DNA of 64,000 nucleotides, taken from assembly GCA_051530055.1 (NCBI GenBank), contig CM121342.1, positions 5,703,489 to 5,767,488 of the forward strand, read 5' to 3'. The DNA comes from Neoechinorhynchus agilis. Lineage: Eukaryota; Animalia; Acanthocephala. Each line of letters begins with the position of its first letter. Positions within the stretch are counted from its first letter, which is position 1. The position numbers and the translations under genes were made by a program. Below the pieces are notes generated by a model. That model searched no databases, was not told the DNA's origin, and worked only from the letters and a program-made list of their open reading frames with translations. Below, piece after piece: positions 12,513 to 25,442 of the stretch.

Positions 12513-13732
12513 GCCGGACGAACTTTGCGCTTCGATGTCGCCATTTTAACATACACCTCACATCTTCACTTGCCATTGTAAATTCTTGAGGAAGCCATAA
12601 AACGGTGAAAGCTCGAAAAAAGAGTTTCTTTATCATTACAATGTTCCGCCCCTTTCCCAATTTTGCCTGTAGTTTTAAGAAACATTTGCGTTTTTCTTTT
12701 TTACTTCACTCATTTTGAGGTTTTTTATGTAAGACTTAAGCCAGTGAATCGTGTTGTGCAATTAAACAATAAGAAATTTCGTTTATAAGATCTACATTAA
12801 CAATATATTTAGCAATCAAAGATTTTAAAAAAAATAATGTTCATAAACTCTTGAGCGATAATTGTTTATAGATGGCATGTTGGATATTTTTTAAATGTGG
12901 AAAATTATGCTAATTGGCGGAATCGACAAACGTTTTTCGATCTCTACACATCTTTCTTTGATTGCCCATTTTGACGTACTAAAACGAATTAGGTATTGTG
13001 AAATCACTGTTGAGTGCCAATGTGATTTAATCCAAACGACCTTCTTTTTTTCTGTAAATTCTGTCTTAATTGTAAACTGGTTTAGAATGTTAATAAAACA
13101 GAATTTAAAATTTTAAATACTCGAAATTCCCATGAGAACAGCGAAACTGCACGAGATTTCGATTTTTTAAATGATTAAACTTAAACTAATTTATAGGCTC
13201 TCCCGTTTATACAATCATAGAACACTTAACATTAAGAATCCAACATCGTCAATATGTAGACGTTCGAAAATGGCCCGAAACGCAAAGATTAATAATTTAT
13301 GGACACATAGAAAAACGTTTGCAGTTGTACTTAAGAGCACCGCTACGTTATTTTTGAGTGAAAAAGGAAATCAGAGTATTTTTAAAGTGGAATCATTAAC
13401 AGATAGTTGAAAATCGTCTGACAAAACCACAAAAAGAAGCGTCGAATGTACCGGATTTTTTTCAGGAGGAATATTAGGAGTTTTCAAAGATGCTTTTTAA
13501 TTTTCGAAAAATTGCTAATGTCAGTCGAAAATCATATTAATCGAAATATTCGTGTTCTGTAAATGATTAGACCGATGCTGCAGCATTGAAAAATTAAATC
13601 AATATTTCTCAGTCGATCTGAACTGGAGAAACTCATTTACATCTGCTAATTAACTGTTGCAGATTGCATTTAAACTGAAAAATCGTTTAATTCGCATTGT
13701 ATAACTTAAACAAATTTAACACTCACATTTGT

Positions 13733-14384
13733 CCTAAAATTCCGCTGTGTATTCTTGAAAATCCTGTCGAGGCTACCCTTTGAGTGGATTTCCTCAGCAG
13801 ACTGGGCCAACAAATCCATGCAGTGGATCGGATTATGGCTTCCAAAAACGGATAGTAACTAGTATAGAATGTTGCTTCAGTTATTCAGCGACAACGTACG
13901 ATCCATGGTTTGCCTTTGTTGAATAATTTTTTTAATCGTGGGATTTTTGGGTTAGATTTCGACCCTGCTTATAAGAAGCTTGGTATTTTAGGTTATACTT
14001 TCACTAATAACCTCTCGCCCGCCTCAGATATACACAAGATGAAAAAACTTTTAAAGACTGCCAGAGTTAAGGCGAGACGTGCCGTTCGTATTGGGCTTAG
14101 CGCCAAGATATGCAAAGTAATATTGTGCTCTTGGGCTATTTCAGGCCTAGTTTTTTTTTCCAGAGGAAGGCCTCCAGAACAACGCCTAAAATTCCGCTGT
14201 GTATTCTTGAAAATCCTGTCGAGGCTACCCTTTGAGTGGATTTCCTCAGCAGACTGGGCCAACAAATCCATGCAGTGGATCGGATTATGACTTCCAAAAA
14301 CGGATAGTAACTAGTATAGAATGTTGCTTCAGTTATTCAGCGACAACGTTCGATCCATGGTTTGCCTTTGCCGAATAATTTTTT
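13733..14384. repeat. 200-bp direct repeat (13733-13932 and 14185-14384), period 452
   Basis: Near-identical segments starting CCTAAAATTCCGCTGTG and ending GAATAATTTTTT. No TG..CA LTR ends. Confidence 0.9.
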
Positions 14385-15005
14385 CACATTTGTTATGTCG
14401 AATTTTAATCTGATCGAACTGATTATTTCAAAAGATGCGACTTAAAAAAGATTGGAGTTTTCGGCTACATAATTTATGTTGTTTTTTGAGTTGCCCACTA
14501 ACTCCAGGCCGCCATCAAATTTACTATATAGCCGCGTTCGACGCCTTTTTCGCCGTAACATAAAATTGTTTTAAACTGCGAGTAATGGTGAGTCATCGGT
14601 TCAATTAATTTTTTTACTTTTGTCGAGTAAAATTCCGTGGTAAAAACTATATCCGAGAATCTGGACCTTTGGTAAGATTTGGTCGAGACTAATTCAAAGA
14701 ACGCTGTTCAACTTTAGAAGATGTTGCACCAGTTTTTAAACTGATTTGAAATTCAAATGTTTTTCCCCGATAATTATTTCATCACAGAAAGTCTCGATAG
14801 ATTTTAAACGAGTTGAAATGCTTTGATTATCGAGGGGAAAAAAGACGTTCTTATTTTCGAATATTCATTATAAGAATTTCTAAATTTTCCTTTTGACCTG
14901 AATTAATCACTTTTGCTCGTTTCTTTTTAAGAATAAATTCAAATATTTGTGTTTGATTTTTTTGCCGATCCTTTTTAGCATCTCATTCAGTAATAAAAAA
15001 TTTAG

Positions 15006-18000
15006 ATGAAAATGTCTAACGAACATTTTACAACAAAAAATTGTTATAAAGATCATGAATGCGCGGAAATTTTAAGCAGACTTCTCAGTTGCGACCTTGA
15101 AATAGCAGAAAGATTAATTTCAGCCGACGTTGACGAATACTTTATCAATTCGATATTCCGGCGACAGTATGAAAATGTGAAATTTGTAAGTTTAAAAACT
15201 ACTTTTCACCAACTCGTTGATGGCCGTTGAGTAGTGGAATGGCAAAGAATGCAATGAATATTTGGATGAAATGGTGAACACTGTGGTTTCCGTTGCAAAA
15301 TGTGACGCTCAAAGCGCTCGAGAGTATCTGCTCTTGAACCAATTTTCGGTTCCAGGAGCAATCAAAAGTATTATAAACCCGGAACAAAAGAAAAACACTT
15401 TAAATTGGCTAAAAAAGATGAAAATGCATTCAGTTTGCAGTAATAATCAAAAGGAAATCGAAATCGTTCTGAGTATGAGAAAGAGAGCCGAGGTAAGTTA
15501 ATTTGCTCCGGTGAACGTATGAACGTTGGTTATTTAAAATCCGATAAGTTCGTTGAACGACATAAGCAAAAAATATTTCCAGAATTTTTTTCTAATTCCA
15601 AAAAAAACTGACCAAAAGATTTCATAATTGCATTTAGGATTTGTTTCCAGATGATTGGTCAACGATTCCGGATTACGAATACACTGAAATGCTCGCTGAT
15701 ATCAATGAATCCGAATTCGTTCAATTTGAACAACATTTGACGAGTTCCCATTTATCGAGCGAACATTTATCCGATCTAAGCAGCGCAATGGAAAAAGTGT
15801 TTAGAAAGAATGAAATTGTCGAAGAAGATATAAAGTTCGTGCTTACTCAATATTATGTATAGAATTTTTCTATCGTTTCTTGACTTAAATCAATCGTAGT
15901 ATAGATTTTATTGAACACCGATCTCGAAAACCTCATGCCTTTTGACTATGTTCATTTGTGGCGATTTATGGTAAAATCATCCAAAATGTTCGCACGATTT
16001 AATATCTGTCCCGAATCAAAAAAAAATACGAAAGGGTCACTAATTTTGCGTTTTATTAAACAGGTAAAAAAACTAATCAAAAAATATTTGTTTAAGACGC
16101 ATTCATTTAGATTTTCAAGAACCAATTGGTTAATATAGAAGATTTTCCGACGAATCCCGTGTTTTGGATTGAAAGCGAAATTATACCATGCATTTTTTCG
16201 CAATTTGGAAACTCTTATGTTATAGCTGGGAACATCTCCGAATTTATTGATCAAAATTTATTTTTTGACATTTTGAACACCGTAAGTTGACGTTTGAGGA
16301 TTTTTGTTTTCATTATGAGTCGGCGATAATCATTGCAGATTTTCCTAGAAAAAAGATGTCCTAAAAAACATTTTATCGCCCACATGAAACTGTTTTCTTT
16401 TCTCTAGGACAGAATAATTATGTATTTTCTTTTAATTTAGTTCGTTATTTCTGGAGGTCTCACGAAACTTCTCAACGTACTAACAAGTCCGAATTTCTTG
16501 AACGACGCAACGTTTCGCGATCTTTTTCTGTTTACCTTCGACGAGATTCTGCCTAAGCTGCTTCCATATTATATTTATAACTTGATTGGAGCACACAATC
16601 TGAAATTCATAACGAGAATTCGCAGTATAAACGGCAATGACCGCTTAAAAATGGATCTGCTCGAAATGGTCTTAATGCGAATATTCAAACTGTTCGAAAT
16701 GCCTATTGACGAAGATATTTTACTGGAGACATTTCTTTACGATTACAAAGAATATTCCTCGAAATATGATTTATCGGAGATTATTAAAGCGTGGAACGTA
16801 CGAGATGCATTCGACAATACCGAACCAAATCCACTTCGAAAGGCGTTAGTGAAAATGAAAATTTACTATTATTTGATACGAAAGGATAAAAAGAATTGGA
16901 TCACAATTTATAAAGAAGCGAGTAATTCGATTGATATACGGGATTTCAAAACTCCACAATCGAGAGTAGAAATTAATTATTTGTTGGCCGAAATATTTGT
17001 GCCGCCGATGCGACCTGGAAGTTACCAGGTTTGAGTTTTGAGTTTGGGGAAAAAATCGCTTTATTAATTTAGCTGTTTATAATGGTCGCAAACTCTTTTT
17101 GTTTGGAAAGTTCGGATTCACTCGATAATGAATGCGAACCTCTTTATTTGGTCGAACATTGTCTTTCACTTGTTCATCAAATTACTTTTGTCTTAAGTGG
17201 AACTGAAGATGAAGCAATTAAAAGGCTCGTCGATTTCTATCGCGGTCTCATGAACTATTTTCAAGGTGAAAGTGATATTTAGTCCAGAATGTAGAATACT
17301 TCGTGGTTGAGACTCTTGAGAACTTTCAAAATGTATTATTGTCGTCCGCTTGCATGAAAACAAACTAAAATTTGTTATAAATTTATTTTCTAAAACCAAC
17401 GAAATAATCGAAAATGTTTTTTAAAGTTTTCGTTGGGAAAAAATTCGACATTCTGGACTTTATACGGATGTAGTAGGCGAACGGTTAATTATTTCAGGAA
17501 TCTATAAACTGTTCTCTTGGCTGCAAAATACACCATTTACCAATAAATTCGATGAGGTAAGTTTACGACAAAAAATCGGATATTAATTTCTCGACTTTAA
17601 TTGTGCTGTGTCTTTTTTTGTCGATAGAATTACATTTAATTGCCGTCAAAATACAGAGTATTTTGAATTTGTTTAAATTTAAACCTTTTTTTGTTTGCTA
17701 CAAAACTTTAAGTCAAAGTAACGGTAAATCCAAAAAATGTATTAATTTTTAATCTTTGGTCGTTTCAAAAATCTTCATGTCACAATCTATTAAATTTCGA
17801 ATAACCCAGCGCACAACACGGATTGCATTCTTTTTTGAGTTTAAGTAAAATCTCAACTCGGCGCATAATAACGTATTAAAAGTGCAATTTTAGTTGTTCA
17901 ATCAAAAATTCTATTTTGCTTTTCGTTTAATCCGTCAAAATTAGAGCGTTCATTTTAGAGAGTTCGACGGCAATTGGCTTACAAGAGCGCAACATTTCAC

Positions 18001-21000
18001 GAATTTTTGATTGAATCTTCGTTCACCATCCACAACATGCAAAAATCAGATTGCACTCTCAAGCTGTGGACGTGTTTAATGAGTGGAAATCTACTGATTG
18101 GGCAAGCATTTGATTTCTGTTTCCGCAATTTCTTGATGTCTGATTATTTGTACGTTAAGGTAAGATGAATTTTGTATAATTCGGAGCCTTTAAAGAAATT
18201 TTCCTATAGGCTGGTCACTGTTTCCGCAAAGAGTACGAGGCGCTGATGCAATTATCGGAAATTCAAAAAAGCAACAACGGAATTACAACTGAAGGATTTC
18301 GTGCTCTTAACGATATTTTGACTGAAGTTAAATCGAAATCCATTAAAGAGGTTTGAGAGTCTTATGCGAAATTCGCATTTTGAATTTGGTATCAAAAGCT
18401 CTACTGTTCATTCGCAAGATCAATTCTCAAGTACGAGAAGAGAACGTTGGCTGAAAACGCAACAAAAATTTTTGATCTTAGAGGAGGATTCTTTGAAGAT
18501 TTATGTTGGCAATCAATTCATGACGTTCAATGTAAGACGAAATATTTTTAGTCTCGCATAAATTGGCGTTTAGGCTCACAATATTTAAGCGATCTCTGCT
18601 ACAATCTTTGCGAATTCGTAACGAATGAAACTGTTCATATTAAATCTCTCATCCTCACGACTGCCACGTGCTTGGCTCTGTCCGAAAGATTTGACGAAAT
18701 GCAGCGGAAACTACAGACGTTCTTACGAGAAAATCTATTGGGCGATTCAAAGATTTCTGAAGCCAGTTTTCGTATTGGGCTGGGAATAACAAGAGGATTT
18801 TTGACGGCCTATGACCAGTACGAGCGAATGCTTATCCCCGACGGAAGGTTCCAAACTGATGCTCTTGGATTTTCAAGATTCAACCGCTTCCGACAAATGC
18901 TTTCTAACGAAGAAGATTGGAGCAGGAAGAGAGAACAACCACCAGAATCGAATGGCGTCTCACTTCGTCGTCTGATTGGCCACATCGTTGACCAATTGCA
19001 TTCGTTCGCGCGTTTATCTTCGTGGACTTGCGAACATTCGCATGGAACGCTGACGAGCCAATCGATCATTTGTTATAGCAGTCGCGACTCAAAAGATCGA
19101 GTAATCGTCGCATTCGTTCGATCCGGTAGTCCACTAAAAGATATTCTTCGGAAATTTAATTTCATTGATGATTTGATTGAGCCTTCGTCTACGCTGGTTC
19201 TATCCAATGTTGACGAGAAGGTAAAGTCAGACTGCTAATTCGTAACGTTTAAGAATTTTTTTCATTTCAGAAATTGGAGTATAACGCAACGTGGCTCGGT
19301 CAAGTTACTTATAAGGAAATCGAACTATCGATAATCGAAAATAAAAAGAAAAAACGGGAAAAATTGTGTCCGCATTCTACGAGTTGTGTAAGAAAAGCTT
19401 ATCTTAAATACAATTTAATAATTTTCGTTTAGGATATTGACATTACGTCAGCAGTAACGGAACATTCAACGTTTAATTCCTTTTTACTTGGCTCTCTAAA
19501 ATGCAGCGATTCCGCTTTTTTTAGAGAAATTTTACAAAACAAAACCAATGCCGACAAATCAATGTAAGATATTTTCTTGCTAAACTTGTAAAATTTTCAC
19601 TTTCAAAGATTAACTGAGCTCGTCACCGATTCCGTATATTTATTAAACTTGTTACCAACTTCACAGGACATTTGTTATGGATTATACAATTTGTTTGAAG
19701 TCAGTCAAATGGGATTTAATTATTTCAATAGGTTAATTTTAGAACGCACAACGAAATGATGGAAATTGTCTCATAAAATTACTGAAAATTTCATCGATTT
19801 CGGCAGCGGAACTTATTTACGTTATTGAAGTAAGTTGAGGCGGTTTAAATACTGAACTCAGATTCACGATTAGGCAATCGGCACTCTTTTGACATCGAAA
19901 AAATCCAAATATTTACCAGGTTCAAAAGGATTCAAAGACTTCGTGTATTTGTTCGTAGATTCGAACGGAATTCGGCAACTTCTTGAGATCAAGGATCTGC
20001 CATTGGTCGTATATAAAAATGAAGGAAAACTCGTTTTAAACGCGTTGGTTGCCTTATTCTGGTTGGTATTGAACATTTTACGAAAAAAGCTTTGTTTTAC
20101 GAACGACGAAACGTTTTGAGTTTAATTTTGAAGTTTTAATGAAATTCAAAGAAACGAAGCGAACGTTTTCAGAGTTATTAAAACGCATCTTATTTTCTTA
20201 TTCCAAGAAAAGTCGCTTATCATAAAATATAATAGAGACTCTTAGATTTTTCCTTCGAGATTTAGCCAAAACTCATCAAACTGAACACTCGAAATGTCCT
20301 TTTTCCGTTCATTTTAGGAATGTTCTATGTGAAGAAAACCACTGCATACTCACTGATTTCATGAAAGATTTGACAAGTGCGCTAACAATGGCCGAAATCG
20401 GTGACGGACATCGATTGATTCGAATGATGCTCAAAAATAGCTTTTCCGTCGTAAAATCGTCTAGAATTTCGCAGGTATAAATTTCTCAGTTTTAAAAATT
20501 TGAAATACTTGATTTTAACTATTTAAGATTTTAGTTTCGCTTTGAATAAAAAGTAAATTAGCATGGCAATAATGTTATCGAAGATTCAGAAAGCAAACGT
20601 TTTCATTCAAATTTCTAAAAATTATTTCTTCGTTCAAATTTATTATTACTGAAGCTTGAAATAAATTTTAACAAAATTGAACTTAATTTTGCTGTAAAAG
20701 ACCAATTTGAAGCTTCAAGATTTTATTTCTAATTTGATCTTTAATATGCAATAATTTTTTATACTTTCGCCGTATAATAAAATTAAGTTTTTAAAGTAAT
20801 TCAACGAACGCTGACTATTTTCGCTGTTTGTTTTCGAAGAGTTTTTAATTTTTTTTACATATTTAAGGAAATCATCAACTCAAATAAGGAAGGATTTTTA
20901 TCTCTATGCTTTCAAAATTTAAAAGATATAATTTTGCCGGAACGCGGATATTATCATTTGGAGGCTTCTTTAAGAACCGACGGTAAGATTATTTTTTCGA

Positions 21001-24000
21001 ATAAAACGTCGAAAATTCTGTTATAGTTACTGCGTTCACAAGATGTATAATGATTATCGATATGATCGGAACATTTTTTCAATCAAGTGATAAGAAATCG
21101 GTGGACGATCTCTTAACGGACAAAGAGTGGCAGCGACTAATTTTGGCTCTTCTTTTTTGTCCAAATCAATTTTTGATTCGTGCCAGAATCGCAGCTCTAC
21201 TTCTGGAGATAATTTCCAGTCACCAGACGATCATCGTTTCGATGTTAAGCAACCATTTTGACTTCGTTTTAAATGGGAAAATAAATCGCAATTATCGAAA
21301 TTTATGCTCACTCGATCAATCAATCGAACTCTTGACATGTCATCTTTGTTTACGCAAATACGAATCTTCTCAAATCGATATTATTGGAGACGTTGAAATG
21401 GTAATATCCAAGCTGTGCCAGCATTTTATGTGCTTAAATAAAACAAATGAAGAATACGATGGCGACGAAGCAGCGTTTCAAAATATTTCGTATTTTCTGG
21501 TTCATGTGTTAGATTTGGTAATTGCTTTGATTTATTTAAAAAAAACGGACGATGGAGTAAGCGACAAAGATACTTTTATCAATGAATTCACATTTTATTT
21601 ATTGAAAAACATGGCACTTCCATTCGCTGATGTACACGAAGCCGTCTTACAATCTCGAGATTTTAAATTCACTTCTCTCCATTTAATGTAAGTTCGCTTC
21701 ATTTTTCAAAAAAATCTCTTGAGTAACGTACAAAGTTTAGGTACCGCGACAAAAGGATTTGGACTCGATTTGAAGTTCTCGCTAAGAATCTCGTTCCTCA
21801 CGAAGATTTCATATTGAGCGTTTTCTCACACTTTTCGATGTTTAAATTTCAGCGGAAAACGCATCCGTGGTCCAAAGATGTCTGCACGGACATTCGAAAA
21901 AATCTTGAATCGATTAGAGGCTCTGCGATTTCACCCAGATCAATACTCATCGTCGATTCTCTTCGAAATGTCTCAAAAAAAAAGAGAATGGATGATTTTT
22001 AAAGAACTCGTCCGGAATGTGCTCTACAAATAGCTGCTTGCAGCTCCTTTTCCACGTAAAAGAAATCTCCGATGCCGTTATTGAGCTCAGCGGCGATGAG
22101 CTGGAAAAGTGTTTGATGCTAAAAACGCTCCATACATTTTTTAAATCCGGCGGATCTGAGTTGGATGTGGAAGCAAAAAATTCTTGGTCTTCAGCTTGGT
22201 ACAGTTTCAAAAACGGCGTTCTTAATCCATCAATCAAGAATCGAGAATATTGTAGCTTTGAGAATTTTTTACTCGATTGCGCTTTAAAAATCGACAACGA
22301 GTGCCGGATAATCTCTAAAGATCTAATTTTTTTAAAAACCTTTTCGATGACTATTAGGAAACTGGTAAAGTGTCAAATGTGCGGATTTTTCGAATTAAGC
22401 GAAAATGTTCAGTTTTTCGCCGAGACGGATTCGCTGCTAATCACCGATGGACTCCTCAATTTCGAATCCGTCATTGTTCAAACGTGCCAAAAATGTGATA
22501 GAGAGGTAAATGAATTACAAACGAACTTTCGAGTTTTGAGATTTTTGAAGAAATGTTATAACTGAAATTTAAAAGTTCCTGAAAACAGAACCGAGACTGC
22601 ACTTTCTTAACAAAAACATTTTTAGGTTTAAATAAAAATCAGAACCAACGCTTCTGTTTTAATCTTCACAAACCTCAAAACTCTCGTCCGGTGTTCTACT
22701 TTTTTTGCTCAGATTTACAAATTAACAATATTTCTTTTTTTTTAAAATAGACTCAACATAAAATCTCGAAGAAATTGACGGTAGCGCCTCCTTATATGCT
22801 CGTCAGTTTGATCACATCATTCAAAATCGACGAAATACCAAGCCACGAAATCGATATTTCTGGATTGTTACACGACGGAGACGAATCTCGGTCATCTCCG
22901 GTATTTTACGAAGAATTTGCGAGGTTGTATAAAATCCACAACATAGAAACGCATTGCATTCTCCTTATCGCTGCCCGATTCTTGGATTCGGTCGACGGAT
23001 CATTTGATTGGCTCATCACCGACCACGAACGTGCATATGAAATCAAAAATGAGGAATTGAAGATAATGTTGCAATCGATGGATAAAACGATCGATATTTC
23101 CTTGAATATTGTTGTGTACAAGAAAGTCTGTTTAAAGGAAGATTGCGATTGTTTAGAAGAACTTTGTACGCCTCCAAGTGAAAATGAATGGATGCTCAAG
23201 TACGAAGCACCGTCTCTGATTATTGAAGGATTTCCAGAACCGCAGCCTGAAGTTCCGAAACGATTGCCCTGTGCTTCTGGATTCTTCAACGATTTAATCG
23301 AATCGAATATTCACCGACAAATATTGATCAAAGTCTTATTAGCGGCTGCGGTAAGACCACTCAAAAGAAAATGAATTAAGCCGAGTGTTTAGCAAACGAG
23401 AAAAGCGGAAATTAATACGCATTTAATTGAATTTATGATCACGGGAGCAATCGAAGATTTTCCAGTGTCCGTAACGTCGATGTTAATGGCGTAAGTCGAT
23501 TAGAACGTTTTAAATCGCTTAATTTTTAATTTTAAAAGCAACTCTTAATTGGGATTTTAGGACTTTCAACAACTCACTGTCCAAAATTAGAGATGAAAAA
23601 TGGTTGAGAATTTAAGATTTGATATTTGTCAAAGGTTTTCACAAACCAGAAAGATTAAAATCTGCCTAAAGAAAAAGATTCGATTAAATCCCGAAAAAAC
23701 TTCTTTGCTAAGAACGTTTTTTTTACTCAACAAGAAACATTGGAACTTTACATTCGAAGTTATCGAAATATTTTACTTTTTTTAGGATATCTGCATTGAA
23801 TTTTTAAGGGTACAAAGAGTACAAAATTCTAAAGGACTCAAAACCACTTGTCCACGTCTCTAAAATCGACACTTTTACCAAAAATTGATTCTTAGCAAAA
23901 TTAAAGTTTGAGAGAAACCAACGATGAAACGGGGCATTTTCGAATGTTGACTACGATTCCGTGAGAGATAATCTCGAACGCATAAAGTCTTATTTTAGCG

Positions 24001-25221
24001 CTTTGGCACGTTCCGTCTACCATCAGAATCCCATTTTTTCCGGTGTAATTAAACTTCAAAAATCTAGGAATACTCAAATGCCAATCGATCTCGAAGGGGC
24101 GATATTCAATGTCAATATTTCGAATCTAACAATAGATAGAATTTTAAATTGGAAGGACGGTGACCGCGACGTCAAAGGAATTCTCTTTAAGTCGGAATCC
24201 GAAGCGATCCGTTGTTCGATATTACAACTCCTGGATTCATCAATGAAACAAGCAAACAAACATCGCCGACAACAGGCCATTTCCTTTCTTGCTCAAAATT
24301 TAATTGTAACTGAAAAATTTTCTCTTTCAAATGCTAATGAATACATTGCATTGATTTTCCTTTATCTTGAAAAATACGATTCCGACGAGGAAAAGATTTC
24401 GCCGAAGATCCTGAGAACGATGGTCATAAATTTGATTGAAAATATCAAGAAAAGTGCCATGGAGATGCGAGATATTAAAGGAGTTCAAGCGATAAAGATT
24501 GAACGAAATGAAAACTTTCGTTTTTTTCAACTGCTGGATAAATATTTAACTTTGGAGCTAAAAACGGATAAACGTCTTCTAGGAAAATCAGTTTTGATTT
24601 CTGATGTAATCGAAGCTTTTTTGTTGTATGTGGAAAGCGACGATACTTCCAATAACCAATCACTGGCTTCCTATTGCGCTGATAGGATTTTGTTTTTCTG
24701 TGAATCCAGTTCGTTTATTCTTGAAAAGACTATCCGAGTCCTGAAACGTTACCTTAACAATCCAAAGGGATTTCTCCACAAACAGAATTTCATTACTCAA
24801 ATGTTCACTTCGGTAAGTCGGTTTGAGGCAACGAAATTCGATAAAATCTTTTTTTTTCAGGAAGTATTGATTGAGCAGGAAAAATCGAATTTGGAGAAAC
24901 TGATTGTTGTTGACTCGACCTACGGCCTTTTGGCAGAGTTTTCTGAAGATTCGATCTTTACGAATGAGCAGTGGTTCCTGGCCCTTTCTGTACTGAAGAT
25001 GCTCGAACTTTTTCCGTGGGTTTTTGTTTGTTAAAGACCTAAAAACCTCTTTTAGTTCTTCCAATAAAGTCAAAAAGTGTGAACGGCAATTGAAGCGAAT
25101 GATGGCGATATGTTACTTGGCAGTAACCGAGGATGGCTCTGGACTTGACATGGAGACCAGAAAGCTGATAATGGCGTCTTTAAAGGATGTTTACAGCAAG
25201 TATTGTTTAATTCTGCGTTGA
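15006..25221 (+). CDS. Large multi-exon divergent ubiquitin-specific protease-like gene (USP9X/24/34 type: UBA-like N-terminus, helical solenoid, C19 peptidase domain, long C-terminal region)
   Basis: A chain of + strand ORFs is linkable by 30-60 nt GT-AG introns. UBA-like DAQSAREYLLLNQFSVPGAI. Cys box N-S-S-G-M-C-S-T-N-S-C-L-Q-L-L-F at ~22005-22060. Zn-finger-like CQMC...CQKC. APPYMLVSL. His/Asp region HNIETHC...WLITDHER. A donor at AAA|GTAAGA (~23351) continues the gene towards ORFs 23961-25034 and 25024-25221. One junction near 23920-23960 is unresolved, so the last ~420 codons could be a separate gene. Confidence 0.6.
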
Positions 25222-25271
25222 ATACAATTTTTATTCTATTATTGTTTCTATCGAGAGAGAGAGAGAAAGTT
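19437..25271 (+). repeat. Segmental duplication, copy 1 (inverted copy at 58170-64000)
   Basis: ORFs 19889, 21050, 22017, 22775, 23961 and 25024 recur on the - strand at 63548, 62387, 61421, 60663, 59476 and 58413. The window end GTAATGTCAA is the reverse complement of 19437-19446. Confidence 0.97.
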
Positions 25272-25442
25272 TAATTGATCAAAACACATAGAAACAAATA
25301 TAGACGCCATATAAAGACAGCGCTTCTAGAAAACATAATTTTTTTTGGTTTGGATTGGAGGTAGACGAACACACACAATGCCATTAGGTTTTCATAGGAT
25401 GGTTCACACAAATATAGAAATTGATGAGGCGTTTGTGATTGT

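Noticed and set aside
11171-12581. ORFs 11171-11539, 11261-11647 and 12129-12581 (and their twins at 51-52 kb) as host genes
   Set aside because: They lie in a duplicated composite block, overlap on opposite strands across a palindrome or run into satellite units, and match no family I recognise.
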